NCBI GenBank assembly: GCA_041618535.1 | Contig: JBFKFP010000001.1 | Span: 33,146-97,145, forward strand | Direction: 5' to 3' | From: Flavobacteriaceae bacterium | GTDB taxonomy: Bacteria; Bacteroidota; Bacteroidia; Flavobacteriales; Flavobacteriaceae | DNA length: 64,000 nucleotides | Notes under the pieces: generated by a model | What the model was told of the DNA's origin: nothing | The model's input: only the letters and a program-made list of their open reading frames with translations | Database searches by the model: none | Shown here: positions 8,795 to 18,027 of the stretch, piece by piece | How positions within the stretch are numbered: the first letter of the stretch is position 1 | Layout: every line of letters begins with the position of its first letter | Translations under genes and position numbers: made by a program

Positions 8795-10753
8795 TTACAG
8801 TACCCGGTTCAGTTTTCGGCTTAAGAGCATCTTCAGGTTCGAATAGTTCAAAACTTCCTCCAGGACCCCTTTATTCGATTCATTATCAACGGTCTCCTGT
8901 TTGAATTCATTTACTTTCTGGTCTATCAGGAAACATCTCAGGCTGAGTATGGTCTCATTTGCAAGCTGAGCCACACTTTGATCCTTTGCCTTGGGGAAAA
9001 TACTCCTGCTCTCCCAATCGTGAAGGTTATATCTTTCATCATTCATAAGAATAGAGGTCACCTCCGAAGCGATCTCCGGTTCTACTTTATTGATGAAGTC
9101 CTTGAGTTCAAATTCCGGATTTTGATTTAGGGCATCTATTATTCCGTAATACAGTTTTCTGAAGTTCTCATTTGAGAATTCCATCTCATCCTCCTGAAGG
9201 TCGAGATATATCTTTTCGTAAACACGTGTTGTTTGTATAACAGGCTCAAACTCTAACTGACCATCTTCATTGTCTTTTAGTATCAGGTCTTCAAAATCTT
9301 CAATTCGATCACCGTATAATAATAAAATCTCGATGATCTTTCTTTCGAGCTCATATTGAACATCTATCTTCGCCCTCCGGGGCTTCTCCTTAACGAGTTG
9401 AAGCGATTCCTTCCGCTGCTGTTGCTTAAATGCCTGGCCCGCCCGCTCCATATTCTTGGATTCTATCTGTGCCAGTGTTGAAAACAAAACCGATTCACTG
9501 ATATCCATGATCTTGGAACATTCCCTGAGATAAACCTCTCTCTTGATGGCATCAGGGATCTTGGAAATACTGTTAACAATATCCCTTATGGTCTCTGCTT
9601 TTTTAATCGGGTCATTCCGACTTTCCTCAAATAGCAAGGAAGCCTTGAACTGTATAAAATCTGATGCATTTTCCTCAAGGTAAAGAAGAAGTTCCTCAAG
9701 GCTGTTCTTACGTGCAAAACTATCAGGATCCTCACCATCAGGGAAGGCACAAACCCTGACATTCATTCCCTGTTCCAGAATAAGGTCTATTCCTCTTAAA
9801 GAGGCCCTGGTACCAGCCGCGTCTCCGTCAAACAGGACGGTAACATTCCTGGTCAACCGGTTTATAAGCCTGATCTGATCAGGAGTAAGAGCAGTTCCGG
9901 AGGTGGCTACTACATTCTTAATTCCCTTTTGGTAGAATTGGATCACATCTGTGTAACCTTCAACCAGATAACAATTATCCTCCTTCGCTATGCTTTGCTT
10001 GGCATAGTATATTCCATACAGTGCCTTGCTCTTATGGTAAATGTCACTTTCAGGTGAATTAAGATATTTTGCAGCCCGCTTGTCCTGCCCCATTATCCTG
10101 CCCCCAAAACCGAGAACCCGGCCAGACATACTATGAATGGGGAAGATGACCCTTCCTTTAAACCTGTCAATATTGCGTTCGGCCTTCACTATGGTTAAGC
10201 CGGTCTTTTCGAGATACTCAAGTTTGTATCCCTTATCCAGCGCCGACTTTGTAAAAGCATCCCATTCATCTAAGGCATAGCCCAACTGAAAGGTTTTAAT
10301 GGTATCTTCCTCAAATCCCCTTTCCTTGAAATAGCTCAGCCCAATTGCCTTTCCCTTTTCCGATTCTTGTAATATTTCCTGAAAGTAAGAGTTAGCGTAG
10401 TCGGTCACCAGATAAAGGCTTTCACGTTCATCAGCTTTTTGTTTGTCCTCCGTACTCAATTCGGTTTCCTCAACTTCGATATTATATTTCCGGGCGAGGT
10501 ATTTTATGGCTTCGGGATAGGTGAAATGCTCATGCTCCATAAGAAAAGAAACGGCTGTTCCTCCTTTGCCACTGGAAAAATCTTTCCATATCTGCTTGGC
10601 CGGCGATACCATGAAACTGGGAGTGCGCTCATCGGTGAACGGACTTAATCCTTTGAAATTACTGCCCGATTTCCTCAATTGAACAAAATCACCGATAACC
10701 TCCTCAACACGGGCAGCTTCAAATACTTTATCTATGGTGGATTTTGATATCAC
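8795..10753 (-). CDS. dnaG: DNA primase DnaG
   Basis: 652 aa. The N-terminal primase zinc-binding-domain homologue aligns by eye to E. coli DnaG residues about 35-100. TOPRIM region present (EGYTDV, FDGDAAG). Confidence 0.9.
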   Translation of the reverse strand: MISKSTIDKVFEAARVEEVIGDFVQLRKSGSNFKGLSPFTDERTPSFMVSPAKQIWKDFSSGKGGTAVSFLMEHEHFTYPEAIKYLARKYNIEVEETELSTEDKQKADERESLYLVTDYANSYFQEILQESEKGKAIGLSYFKERGFEEDTIKTFQLGYALDEWDAFTKSALDKGYKLEYLEKTGLTIVKAERNIDRFKGRVIFPIHSMSGRVLGFGGRIMGQDKRAAKYLNSPESDIYHKSKALYGIYYAKQSIAKEDNCYLVEGYTDVIQFYQKGIKNVVATSGTALTPDQIRLINRLTRNVTVLFDGDAAGTRASLRGIDLILEQGMNVRVCAFPDGEDPDSFARKNSLEELLLYLEENASDFIQFKASLLFEESRNDPIKKAETIRDIVNSISKIPDAIKREVYLRECSKIMDISESVLFSTLAQIESKNMERAGQAFKQQQRKESLQLVKEKPRRAKIDVQYELERKIIEILLLYGDRIEDFEDLILKDNEDGQLEFEPVIQTTRVYEKIYLDLQEDEMEFSNENFRKLYYGIIDALNQNPEFELKDFINKVEPEIASEVTSILMNDERYNLHDWESRSIFPKAKDQSVAQLANETILSLRCFLIDQKVNEFKQETVDNESNKGVLEEVLNYSNLKMLLSRKLNRVL

Positions 10754-10895
10754 AATAATTATGGAAATAAAATCCCACAGCCGTGGGATAAGACCATAAA
10801 AGTAATTAATTATAAAATGTTATAAAACTCTAAAAATTTATCTGAAAAATAAATGATTGATGTAATTTAACAGTAAAAAATTTAACACGTTTGCT

Positions 10896-12197
10896 ATGAA
10901 AGCTCTACGGCTATCTTTTATGCTGTTACTAATCGTATTCTGGAACTGCTCTAATTCATCAGACGACCTGCCTCCTGTTGGGGAGGAAGAGGAAGAAGAA
11001 GAGGAGGTTGTAAACCTTTCCGACGAGATTGAGGTCTACGATGACACACGATTTCAAAATAATCTGGTATTGGTTATAGAAAATGGCGGAACACAGGCTT
11101 ACCTGGTCAATAAGGAAGGTGAACGACTTTTCACCTGGACATTTGAACGCAACCTGGGCAATGACCTGGAAATACTCGATGATGGTCGGGTTCTGGGAAT
11201 GTTTAAATCAGACAACCCGACAATTACATTAGGAGGTTGGGGTGGCATTGCACAGATCAGACAACCTGATGGAACCATAGATTGGGAATATGAACTCAAC
11301 ACACCTGATGAGATCCTTCATCACGATCCCGAGCTTCTTCCCAATGGAAATATACTAATGCCAGTGTGGGAGCGCATCGATCCTGCTACTGCACAACAAG
11401 CCGGGGTTGATGCTGATTTTGATATCATTATTGAAAAACTAATAGAAGTAGACCCGGATACCGATCAAATTGTCTGGGAATGGCGAAGTTGGGATCATAT
11501 AATTCAGGATTTTGATTCCAATGCTCCAAATTTTGGTGATGTTTCACAAAATCCTCATCGAATAGACATAAACTATAACAAGGCAAATTCTTCGGGAGAC
11601 TGGATGCATGCCAACGGCATTGACTATGACCCCGTAAATGATGTGATTTTCTTCAGCGTCAATTTCTACGATGAGATCTGGGTAATTGATCATAGTACCT
11701 CGACATCGGAAGCCGCCGGGAGCAGCGGTGGAAATTACGGCAAAGGAGGTGATCTTATTTATCGTTTTGGAAATCCTATGGCATATGACAATGCTTTCGG
11801 TCAGGTGTTGTTCGACAGGAATCATTATCCTAACTTCCTGCAGGAGGGAGAGCCGGGAGCAGGAAATATTCTCGTATATGTTAATGGCAACAATATCGGG
11901 CGGTCAACTGTTTATGAACTGCAATTACCTGCAACTTATGATCTAAGTCCGGATACGGATAATGAGCCGGGAATTGTCTGGAGTTTCACCAATGCGGTTC
12001 TGTTCTCCGATAAGATCTCTGGAGCAAGCAGGATGTCTAATGGCAATACCCTGATCTGCGAGGGTGACTATGGTTACTGGGAAATAACGCCGGATGGGGA
12101 AATAGCCTGGAAGTTCAACGGTTCCGGTCTTTTCTGGAGAGGATATGCATACGACCTCGATGATCCCAGGTTAGGCTTCCTTGATATTAGCTTTTAA
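10896..12197 (+). CDS. Secreted/lipoprotein beta-propeller protein, arylsulfotransferase (ASST)-like
   Basis: 433 aa with a signal plus Cys (VFWNC) and a poly-Glu linker. ASST-like segments include WMHANGIDYDP..IWVIDHSTS. Confidence 0.45.
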   Translation: MKALRLSFMLLLIVFWNCSNSSDDLPPVGEEEEEEEEVVNLSDEIEVYDDTRFQNNLVLVIENGGTQAYLVNKEGERLFTWTFERNLGNDLEILDDGRVLGMFKSDNPTITLGGWGGIAQIRQPDGTIDWEYELNTPDEILHHDPELLPNGNILMPVWERIDPATAQQAGVDADFDIIIEKLIEVDPDTDQIVWEWRSWDHIIQDFDSNAPNFGDVSQNPHRIDINYNKANSSGDWMHANGIDYDPVNDVIFFSVNFYDEIWVIDHSTSTSEAAGSSGGNYGKGGDLIYRFGNPMAYDNAFGQVLFDRNHYPNFLQEGEPGAGNILVYVNGNNIGRSTVYELQLPATYDLSPDTDNEPGIVWSFTNAVLFSDKISGASRMSNGNTLICEGDYGYWEITPDGEIAWKFNGSGLFWRGYAYDLDDPRLGFLDISF

Positions 12198-12227
12198 AAA
12201 AACAGCCCCGGAATTCCGGGGCTTTTA
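12196..12227. terminator. Bidirectional intrinsic terminator between convergent genes
   Basis: Perfect palindrome AGCCCCGG-AATT-CCGGGGCT flanked by an A-run upstream and a T-run downstream. Confidence 0.8.
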
Positions 12228-12231
12228 ATTA

Positions 12232-13332
12232 TTAATCAACATCAAACCGCAGTCCGACAGAAATATTATTTTGTTCAATAGCCTGATCTTTAAATATAGG
12301 TGAAAGATCGTATTTGACATATAGGGCTACATCATCAAAAGAAACGTATCCGCTTAGCCCATATACGAATTCAGAAGTATTCCAATCGCCTTTCATTTTG
12401 TCTTTGATTTTGCGCCCGTCCTCCTTATACTTCAGCTTTTGAAGGCTGGCCACGTTAAATCCCGCATATCCTCCAAGACCCATTTTAAACTGGTTTCGGG
12501 TTGAATATCTGAAATAGGAATCTTTGTCAATTCGTTTTGACGGCCCGAATTCAATGTGAACCGGGAAAACGAGGTTGGCGGTGCGGAATTTTGCCTTTTT
12601 AAGATCCAGTGGAAAGGTCTCTAACATGATATCGTCACCATCCCGAACAAGATATTGATTGTCCTTGATATCGAGTTTATTCCACATAAGTGAGAATCCA
12701 TACTTCAACCGAAGTGCATTAGAATTCTCAAACATACGGGTTTTCCAGGCCCAGCCCAGCTCAACAAATCCTGATCCGCCTAATTTATAGGGTGAATCGT
12801 CAATATCCTGGTCATCTATAAGGGCATTGTTGAATCCAATCGCAAATACCAGATCGCTGGTCGTTCTTCTGTCATATTGCCTGGGCTTGTGGTCGCCAGA
12901 CCCGATATAGATATATTTATCTTCCTCATCATCTCCTCCTACCCTGATCGTTATACTGGGATCGTCAGAATCCCAATCTGTGGCTTCGTCCTCATTTCGT
13001 TTAATCAGTTCGATCTTGTTATCGATGATCGCAATTCGATTCTCTATATTGGCTGCATGTTTTTCGGCCACGGCGTTCTTTAGGCGTCCGGCTTCTGCCT
13101 GTGTTATCTCACCTTTATCCAAACGCTGATTTATAGTTTGCACTTCCGCCTTTAAAAACTCTCGTTCCTGAGTTTTTATACGCTCCTTCTCTTTCTGAAG
13201 GATTTCGATCTTATTCGATTTTGCGGTCCGGACCTCCTGTTGGGCATAGCAGGTGAATGTCCCGAACACAATGGCAAGAATGACTAAAAATTTTGTAATT
13301 GTTTGCATAACTGTTCGTTTTTTGAATGACAT
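12232..13332 (-). CDS. Exported protein with N-terminal coiled coil and C-terminal beta-barrel-like domain, function unknown
   Basis: 366 aa with a signal peptide. It has a K/E/Q-rich heptad-like region, then alternating-hydrophobic strands ending in a ..GLRFDVD terminal strand. Downstream of the ECF sigma/anti-sigma pair. The start may be the internal Met at 13308. Confidence 0.5.
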   Translation of the reverse strand: MSFKKRTVMQTITKFLVILAIVFGTFTCYAQQEVRTAKSNKIEILQKEKERIKTQEREFLKAEVQTINQRLDKGEITQAEAGRLKNAVAEKHAANIENRIAIIDNKIELIKRNEDEATDWDSDDPSITIRVGGDDEEDKYIYIGSGDHKPRQYDRRTTSDLVFAIGFNNALIDDQDIDDSPYKLGGSGFVELGWAWKTRMFENSNALRLKYGFSLMWNKLDIKDNQYLVRDGDDIMLETFPLDLKKAKFRTANLVFPVHIEFGPSKRIDKDSYFRYSTRNQFKMGLGGYAGFNVASLQKLKYKEDGRKIKDKMKGDWNTSEFVYGLSGYVSFDDVALYVKYDLSPIFKDQAIEQNNISVGLRFDVD

Positions 13333-13361
13333 AAATGATTTATTTGATTTAAGATTGATGA

Positions 13362-14129
13362 TTAATTGTTTCTTTCAGCTACTGCGGTTTTCACACTTTC
13401 ATAACCGCTAACCAGCGCCTTAAATATGCGATCGCGGAACGATCGGTCAAGGTCGTTCTCCACTTCACCTAGCAAAACATCAGCCTGAATACTTTGATTA
13501 TCCGTTCTGACGGTTTTCACCTTTATGATGTTCTTCATTGCCTTACTCAAAAGCTGGTCCACTTCAGAATCCAACTCATCTGGTCCTGAAAATTCCTCAT
13601 TTGGCATCAGCTCGGCAATCGTCTCCTCTTTAAGGTCAATTCCTGCTTGTGGACTTTCGAAGTCAGGTATCTTTTGTACACTTTTTTCCCGGGCTACGAC
13701 TGCATCTGTTTCGGGAACCGAAATTTTCTTTATCTGCTCCTTGGCTGAGCGAGGCGCCTTGTGCAGAGGCCCGTCCGCTTCTTTTTCATCCATTAACCCA
13801 GAAGCGATCTCCGTCTTGGCATTTTCTTCATCATTCCCGGTTTTTTGATCCGTAGCCTCCATATTTCCAGGTATTTGCCCACCTTCCTCACTCTCGACTA
13901 GCGGGATGACCTCCATAGGGGCCTCATCCTTTTGGCCCCAGTTAATCAATAAAATAATAAGAACTGCTGCTGCCGCCGCCGGGCCCATCCACCATAAAGC
14001 TGATTTTGAGGATTTTGGTTTTTCCTTATCGAGTTTGGCCTCAAGTGAATTCCAGGCATCCTGGCTCGGGGATATTGTCCTCGCCTCCAGCTTATCTTTC
14101 ATTTGTTCTTCGATCTTAAGGGGTGCCAT
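13362..14129 (-). CDS. Putative anti-sigma factor (single-pass membrane protein)
   Basis: 255 aa with one TM segment (WWMGPAAAAAVLIILLI) and a low-complexity acidic periplasmic part. It overlaps the upstream ECF sigma gene by 14 nt. Confidence 0.5.
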   Translation of the reverse strand: MAPLKIEEQMKDKLEARTISPSQDAWNSLEAKLDKEKPKSSKSALWWMGPAAAAAVLIILLINWGQKDEAPMEVIPLVESEEGGQIPGNMEATDQKTGNDEENAKTEIASGLMDEKEADGPLHKAPRSAKEQIKKISVPETDAVVAREKSVQKIPDFESPQAGIDLKEETIAELMPNEEFSGPDELDSEVDQLLSKAMKNIIKVKTVRTDNQSIQADVLLGEVENDLDRSFRDRIFKALVSGYESVKTAVAERNN

Positions 14130-14688
14130 GTCTTTTTAATTTTAGATTCTTAATGTTTTTCCGGAGAAGTTTCCTCGACTTGTACAATTGTGATTTTGAG
14201 GTACTCTCGGAAATGGAGAGCATCTCTGCAATCTCCTTATGCCTGTAACCTTCAATGGCGTACAAAACAAAAACCATTCGGTATCCTTCGGGTAACAGAT
14301 CTATCAGTTCCTGTATAAGTTCCAGATCGAAATCGTTATCCTCGATAGTATCATCCGTAAGATCTTCGGGTAGTTCATCATTAAACAAAATCTTTCTTTT
14401 GGCTCTTAGAAAAGAGATGGATTCCCTGGTCATAATACGACGGATCCACCCTTCAAAACTCCCATCATGCCTGAAGGACCCTATATGAGTAAACACCTTT
14501 AAGAACCCATTAAGCATGACTTCCTCGGCCTCCTGAATATCATTCACATAATAACGGCACACGCTAAGCATTTTAGGGGAATACCGCTCAAAGATCTTGT
14601 GCTGCGCTTCCCGACTGTTTTCTGTCGCGCGTTTAATTAGTTGCTTCTCGCTATTATGAAGTTGAATGACTTTCAAAAGCGGGTTCAT
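14116..14688 (-). CDS. RNA polymerase ECF-type sigma-70 factor
   Basis: 190 aa with a region 2 (..FERYSPKMLSVCRYYV..EAEEVMLNGFLKVF) and a region 4 HTH (YRHKEIAEMLSISESTSKSQLYKSRKLL). Confidence 0.85.
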   Translation of the reverse strand: MNPLLKVIQLHNSEKQLIKRATENSREAQHKIFERYSPKMLSVCRYYVNDIQEAEEVMLNGFLKVFTHIGSFRHDGSFEGWIRRIMTRESISFLRAKRKILFNDELPEDLTDDTIEDNDFDLELIQELIDLLPEGYRMVFVLYAIEGYRHKEIAEMLSISESTSKSQLYKSRKLLRKNIKNLKLKRHGTP

Positions 14689-14742
14689 TTGACCTTCTGA
14701 TTATAAAGACGCAAATATGATGCTAAAGGTTGCCCGGTAGTG

Positions 14743-15720
14743 TTATTTTTTTCGCTCAATCACGTAATTAACCATGAGTTCCAGTGATTTTCGATACTCA
14801 GTCTCGGGAAATTTTTTGAGGATATCCATGGCTTGCTGCTTGAACTCCTGCATTTTGTTGATGGCATAGTCCAATCCGCCGCGCTGTTTTACCAGGCTTA
14901 TGACCTCCTTCACTCGTTTTCTGTCACGATTATGATTCTTGATAGAATTTATCAGCCAGTCGCGTTCTTTTTTAGAAGCCGTATTCATGGTGTGGATTAA
15001 GGGCAATGTCATTTTCTGCTCCTTGATATCTATCCCTGTGGGCTTTCCGATTTTATCCTCACCATAATCAAAAAGGTCATCCTTAATTTGAAAAGCCAGC
15101 CCGATAAGCTCTCCGAATTCACGCATCTGATCGACAACCTGAGAATTGGGTTTCACTGAAGCAGCGCCTAAACTGCAGCAGGCCGCGATCAGGGAGGCCG
15201 TTTTTTTCTTAATTATGCTGTAATACACCTCTTCATCGATATCCAGCAGCCTGGCTTTTTCTATCTGAAGAAGTTCTCCCTCACTCATTTCACGAACAGC
15301 AACGGATATTATTCGGAGCAAGTCGAAATCGTTATTGTCTATACAAAGCAACATTCCCTTCGATAAAAGGAAGTCGCCAACAAGAACGGCGATTTTATTT
15401 TTCCAAAGGGCATTGATAGAAAAGAAGCCTCGTCTTCTGTTGCTGTCATCAACAACATCGTCATGAACCAGTGAGGCTGTATGTATAAGTTCGATTACAG
15501 AGGCTCCCCTGTAGGTACGTTCCGAAACCTCTCCATTATTCAGCATTTTCGCGACCAGGAAAACGAACATGGGTCGCATCTGCTTGCCTTTCCTGTTAAC
15601 GAGGTAATGCGTAATCCTGTTCAGAAGGGCTACGTTGGTTGACATCGAAAGGCGGAACTTTTGCTCGAAAAGATCCATTTCGAAGGCGATGGGTTCCTTT
15701 ATTTCCTCAACTATTTTCAA
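14743..15720 (-). CDS. Polyprenyl diphosphate synthase (IspB-like)
   Basis: 325 aa with two Asp-rich motifs: LVHDDVVDDSNRRRG and FQIKDDLFDYG. Confidence 0.85.
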   Translation of the reverse strand: MKIVEEIKEPIAFEMDLFEQKFRLSMSTNVALLNRITHYLVNRKGKQMRPMFVFLVAKMLNNGEVSERTYRGASVIELIHTASLVHDDVVDDSNRRRGFFSINALWKNKIAVLVGDFLLSKGMLLCIDNNDFDLLRIISVAVREMSEGELLQIEKARLLDIDEEVYYSIIKKKTASLIAACCSLGAASVKPNSQVVDQMREFGELIGLAFQIKDDLFDYGEDKIGKPTGIDIKEQKMTLPLIHTMNTASKKERDWLINSIKNHNRDRKRVKEVISLVKQRGGLDYAINKMQEFKQQAMDILKKFPETEYRKSLELMVNYVIERKK

Positions 15721-15817
15721 ATTGATCTATCGCTAAAAGGATATGCTCGCAAAGTTAAGACAAAAGAAAATTATAGGAGGCTGCCCGATCCTTTAACAGT
15801 GTAAATGTTAACGATAT

Positions 15818-16858
15818 TTAACTCTTATTGGCCAATTGTCCGCATGCCGCGTCTATATCCTTACCCCGGCTTCGCCTGACATTGACCACGATCCTGTTCC
15901 TCTCTAGAGCTGCGGTATATGCGTTAACCGCCTTTTCTGAGGCCTGACTGAAACGATCGTCATCAATAGGGTTATATTCTATGAGATTTACTTTTGAGGG
16001 TACTTTTTTACAGAACTGAACCAGTGCTTTGATGTCCTCATCCCCGTCATTGATCCCTTCCCAAACCACATATTCAAATGTAATGATCCGTTTAGTCTTA
16101 GCATACCAATACTGGAGGGACTCAAGCAACTGTGCCAGCGGAAAGGTCTCGTTAAATGGCATGATGGAGGTCCTGATCTCATCTACTGCCGAATGCAAAG
16201 AAACAGCAAGGTTGAATTTAACTCCCTCATCTGCCATTTTCTTTATCATTTTCGGAATACCCGAGGTTGAAAGGGTTATTCGTTTCGGCGACATATGAAG
16301 TCCTTCTTCCGAAGTAATTTTATCTATCGCTTTCAGAACATTGTTGTAATTCATCAGCGGCTCACCCATGCCCATAAAAACGATATTCGAAAGAGGCCGG
16401 TTGAAATACAATCTACTCTGAGAATCGATGGCTGTTACCTGGTCAACAATTTCGTCAGGGTTAAGGTTTCGCATCCGCTTAAGCCTTGCCGTTGCGCAGA
16501 ATTCACAATTCAGGGAGCATCCCACCTGCGATGACACACAGGCCGTAGTGCGCGACTCTGTCGGAATAAGCACCGATTCAACAACATAGCCATCATGAAG
16601 CCTGACCGCGTTTTTTATTGTTCCATCATTACTGCGCTGCATTTGATCAACTTCCACATGATTGATCACGAAATGCTCATCCAGTAACGCACGTGTTGAC
16701 TTCGAAATATTGGTCATCTCTTCAAACGAATGTGCCGACTTCTGCCACAACCATTCGTAAACCTGGTTGCCCCTGAATGCCTGGTCCCCATTCTCCGTAA
16801 AGAATTCGCGAAGTTGCTCCTTGCTTAAGGCCCTGATGTCTGTTTTTTTCTTTATCAA
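15818..16858 (-). CDS. rlmN: 23S rRNA/tRNA (adenine-C2)-methyltransferase RlmN (radical SAM)
   Basis: 346 aa with the radical-SAM motif CSLNCEFC and a C-terminal DIDAACGQL. The start on the track is a TTG. Confidence 0.9.
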   Translation of the reverse strand: MIKKKTDIRALSKEQLREFFTENGDQAFRGNQVYEWLWQKSAHSFEEMTNISKSTRALLDEHFVINHVEVDQMQRSNDGTIKNAVRLHDGYVVESVLIPTESRTTACVSSQVGCSLNCEFCATARLKRMRNLNPDEIVDQVTAIDSQSRLYFNRPLSNIVFMGMGEPLMNYNNVLKAIDKITSEEGLHMSPKRITLSTSGIPKMIKKMADEGVKFNLAVSLHSAVDEIRTSIMPFNETFPLAQLLESLQYWYAKTKRIITFEYVVWEGINDGDEDIKALVQFCKKVPSKVNLIEYNPIDDDRFSQASEKAVNAYTAALERNRIVVNVRRSRGKDIDAACGQLANKS

Positions 16859-16869
16859 TTCGAAGAGAT

Positions 16870-16891
16870 AAAAAAGCCCCGTTTCCGAGGC
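16870..16891 (-). terminator. Intrinsic terminator after queA
   Basis: Minus strand reads GCCUCG-GAAA-CGGGGC (6 bp, GNRA loop) followed by U6. It lies 9 nt after the queA stop and about 12 nt before the rlmN start. Confidence 0.65.
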
Positions 16892-16899
16892 CTTAAATT

Positions 16900-17949
16900 T
16901 TAAATGATAAGCATGGCATCACCATAACTGTAGAACCTGTAATTCTCTTTTATGGCTTCATCATAAGCTTTCTTAATGAATTCATGTCCGGCAAATGCCG
17001 AGGCCATCATAAGGAGAGTCGATTTCGGCGTATGGAAATTAGTGATCATACAATTGGCAATGCTGAATTCATATGGAGGAAAGATAAATTTATTGGTCCA
17101 TCCTTCAAATTCATTCAGGGTTCCGCTTGATGACACCGAGCTCTCTACGGCTCTCATAACCGTCGTCCCCACTGCACAAATCCGTTTCTTTTTCTCCAAT
17201 GCCTCGTTTATGGTATGAACGGCAAAACGGTCTATCTTGATCTCCTCACTATCCATCTTGTGTTTGGAAAGATCCTCCACCTCAACCGGATTGAATGTAC
17301 CTAATCCCACATGAAGGGTGATCTCTGCGAATTGTACACCTTTTATCTCGAGTCTTTTTAAGAGGTGACGAGAGAAATGCAAGCCTGCTGTTGGAGCAGC
17401 GACTGCGCCTTCATTTTTGGCATAAATGGTTTGATAGCGCTCCTCATCTTCAGGCTCTACATCGCGTTTGATATATTTAGGTAAGGGTGTCTGGCCAAGT
17501 TCTTTCAGCTTTTTTCTGAAATCATGATAGGAACCATCATAAAGGAACCTCAGAGTACGTCCCCTTGATGTGGTGTTGTCAATGACTTCTGCAACAAGGG
17601 TATCATCATCACCAAAATACAGCTTATTTCCGATCCTTATTTTCCTTGCCGGATCTACTAGCACATCCCAGAGGCGCTGGTCAGGATTTAGTTCCCTTAA
17701 CAGGAACACCTCTATCCTGGCACCTGTTTTTTCCTTGTTTCCGAATAACCTCGCAGGAAATACTTTAGTATTGTTAAGGATGATCACATCATCTTCTTCG
17801 AAATAATCAATCAGATCTTTGAAGTGTTTGTGTTCAATGGTTTGTTCGGCCCTGTTTAGAACCATTAGCCTGGCTTCGTCACGATGCTCAGAGGGGTATT
17901 CTGCCAGCAAATCTGCTGGTAGATCAAAACTAAAATGCGATAATTTCAT
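16900..17949 (-). CDS. queA: S-adenosylmethionine:tRNA ribosyltransferase-isomerase
   Basis: 349 aa with the QueA-typical N-terminus ([17 protein letters not shown]) and C-terminus ([11 protein letters not shown]). Confidence 0.9.
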   Translation of the reverse strand: MKLSHFSFDLPADLLAEYPSEHRDEARLMVLNRAEQTIEHKHFKDLIDYFEEDDVIILNNTKVFPARLFGNKEKTGARIEVFLLRELNPDQRLWDVLVDPARKIRIGNKLYFGDDDTLVAEVIDNTTSRGRTLRFLYDGSYHDFRKKLKELGQTPLPKYIKRDVEPEDEERYQTIYAKNEGAVAAPTAGLHFSRHLLKRLEIKGVQFAEITLHVGLGTFNPVEVEDLSKHKMDSEEIKIDRFAVHTINEALEKKKRICAVGTTVMRAVESSVSSSGTLNEFEGWTNKFIFPPYEFSIANCMITNFHTPKSTLLMMASAFAGHEFIKKAYDEAIKENYRFYSYGDAMLII

Positions 17950-18027
17950 TGGATTTTTGCCTGTTTTTTCGAGAGTTGCAAATATACAATCCCAAAACAG
18001 GGGTTGTCAAGTATTTAGGCTATTATT

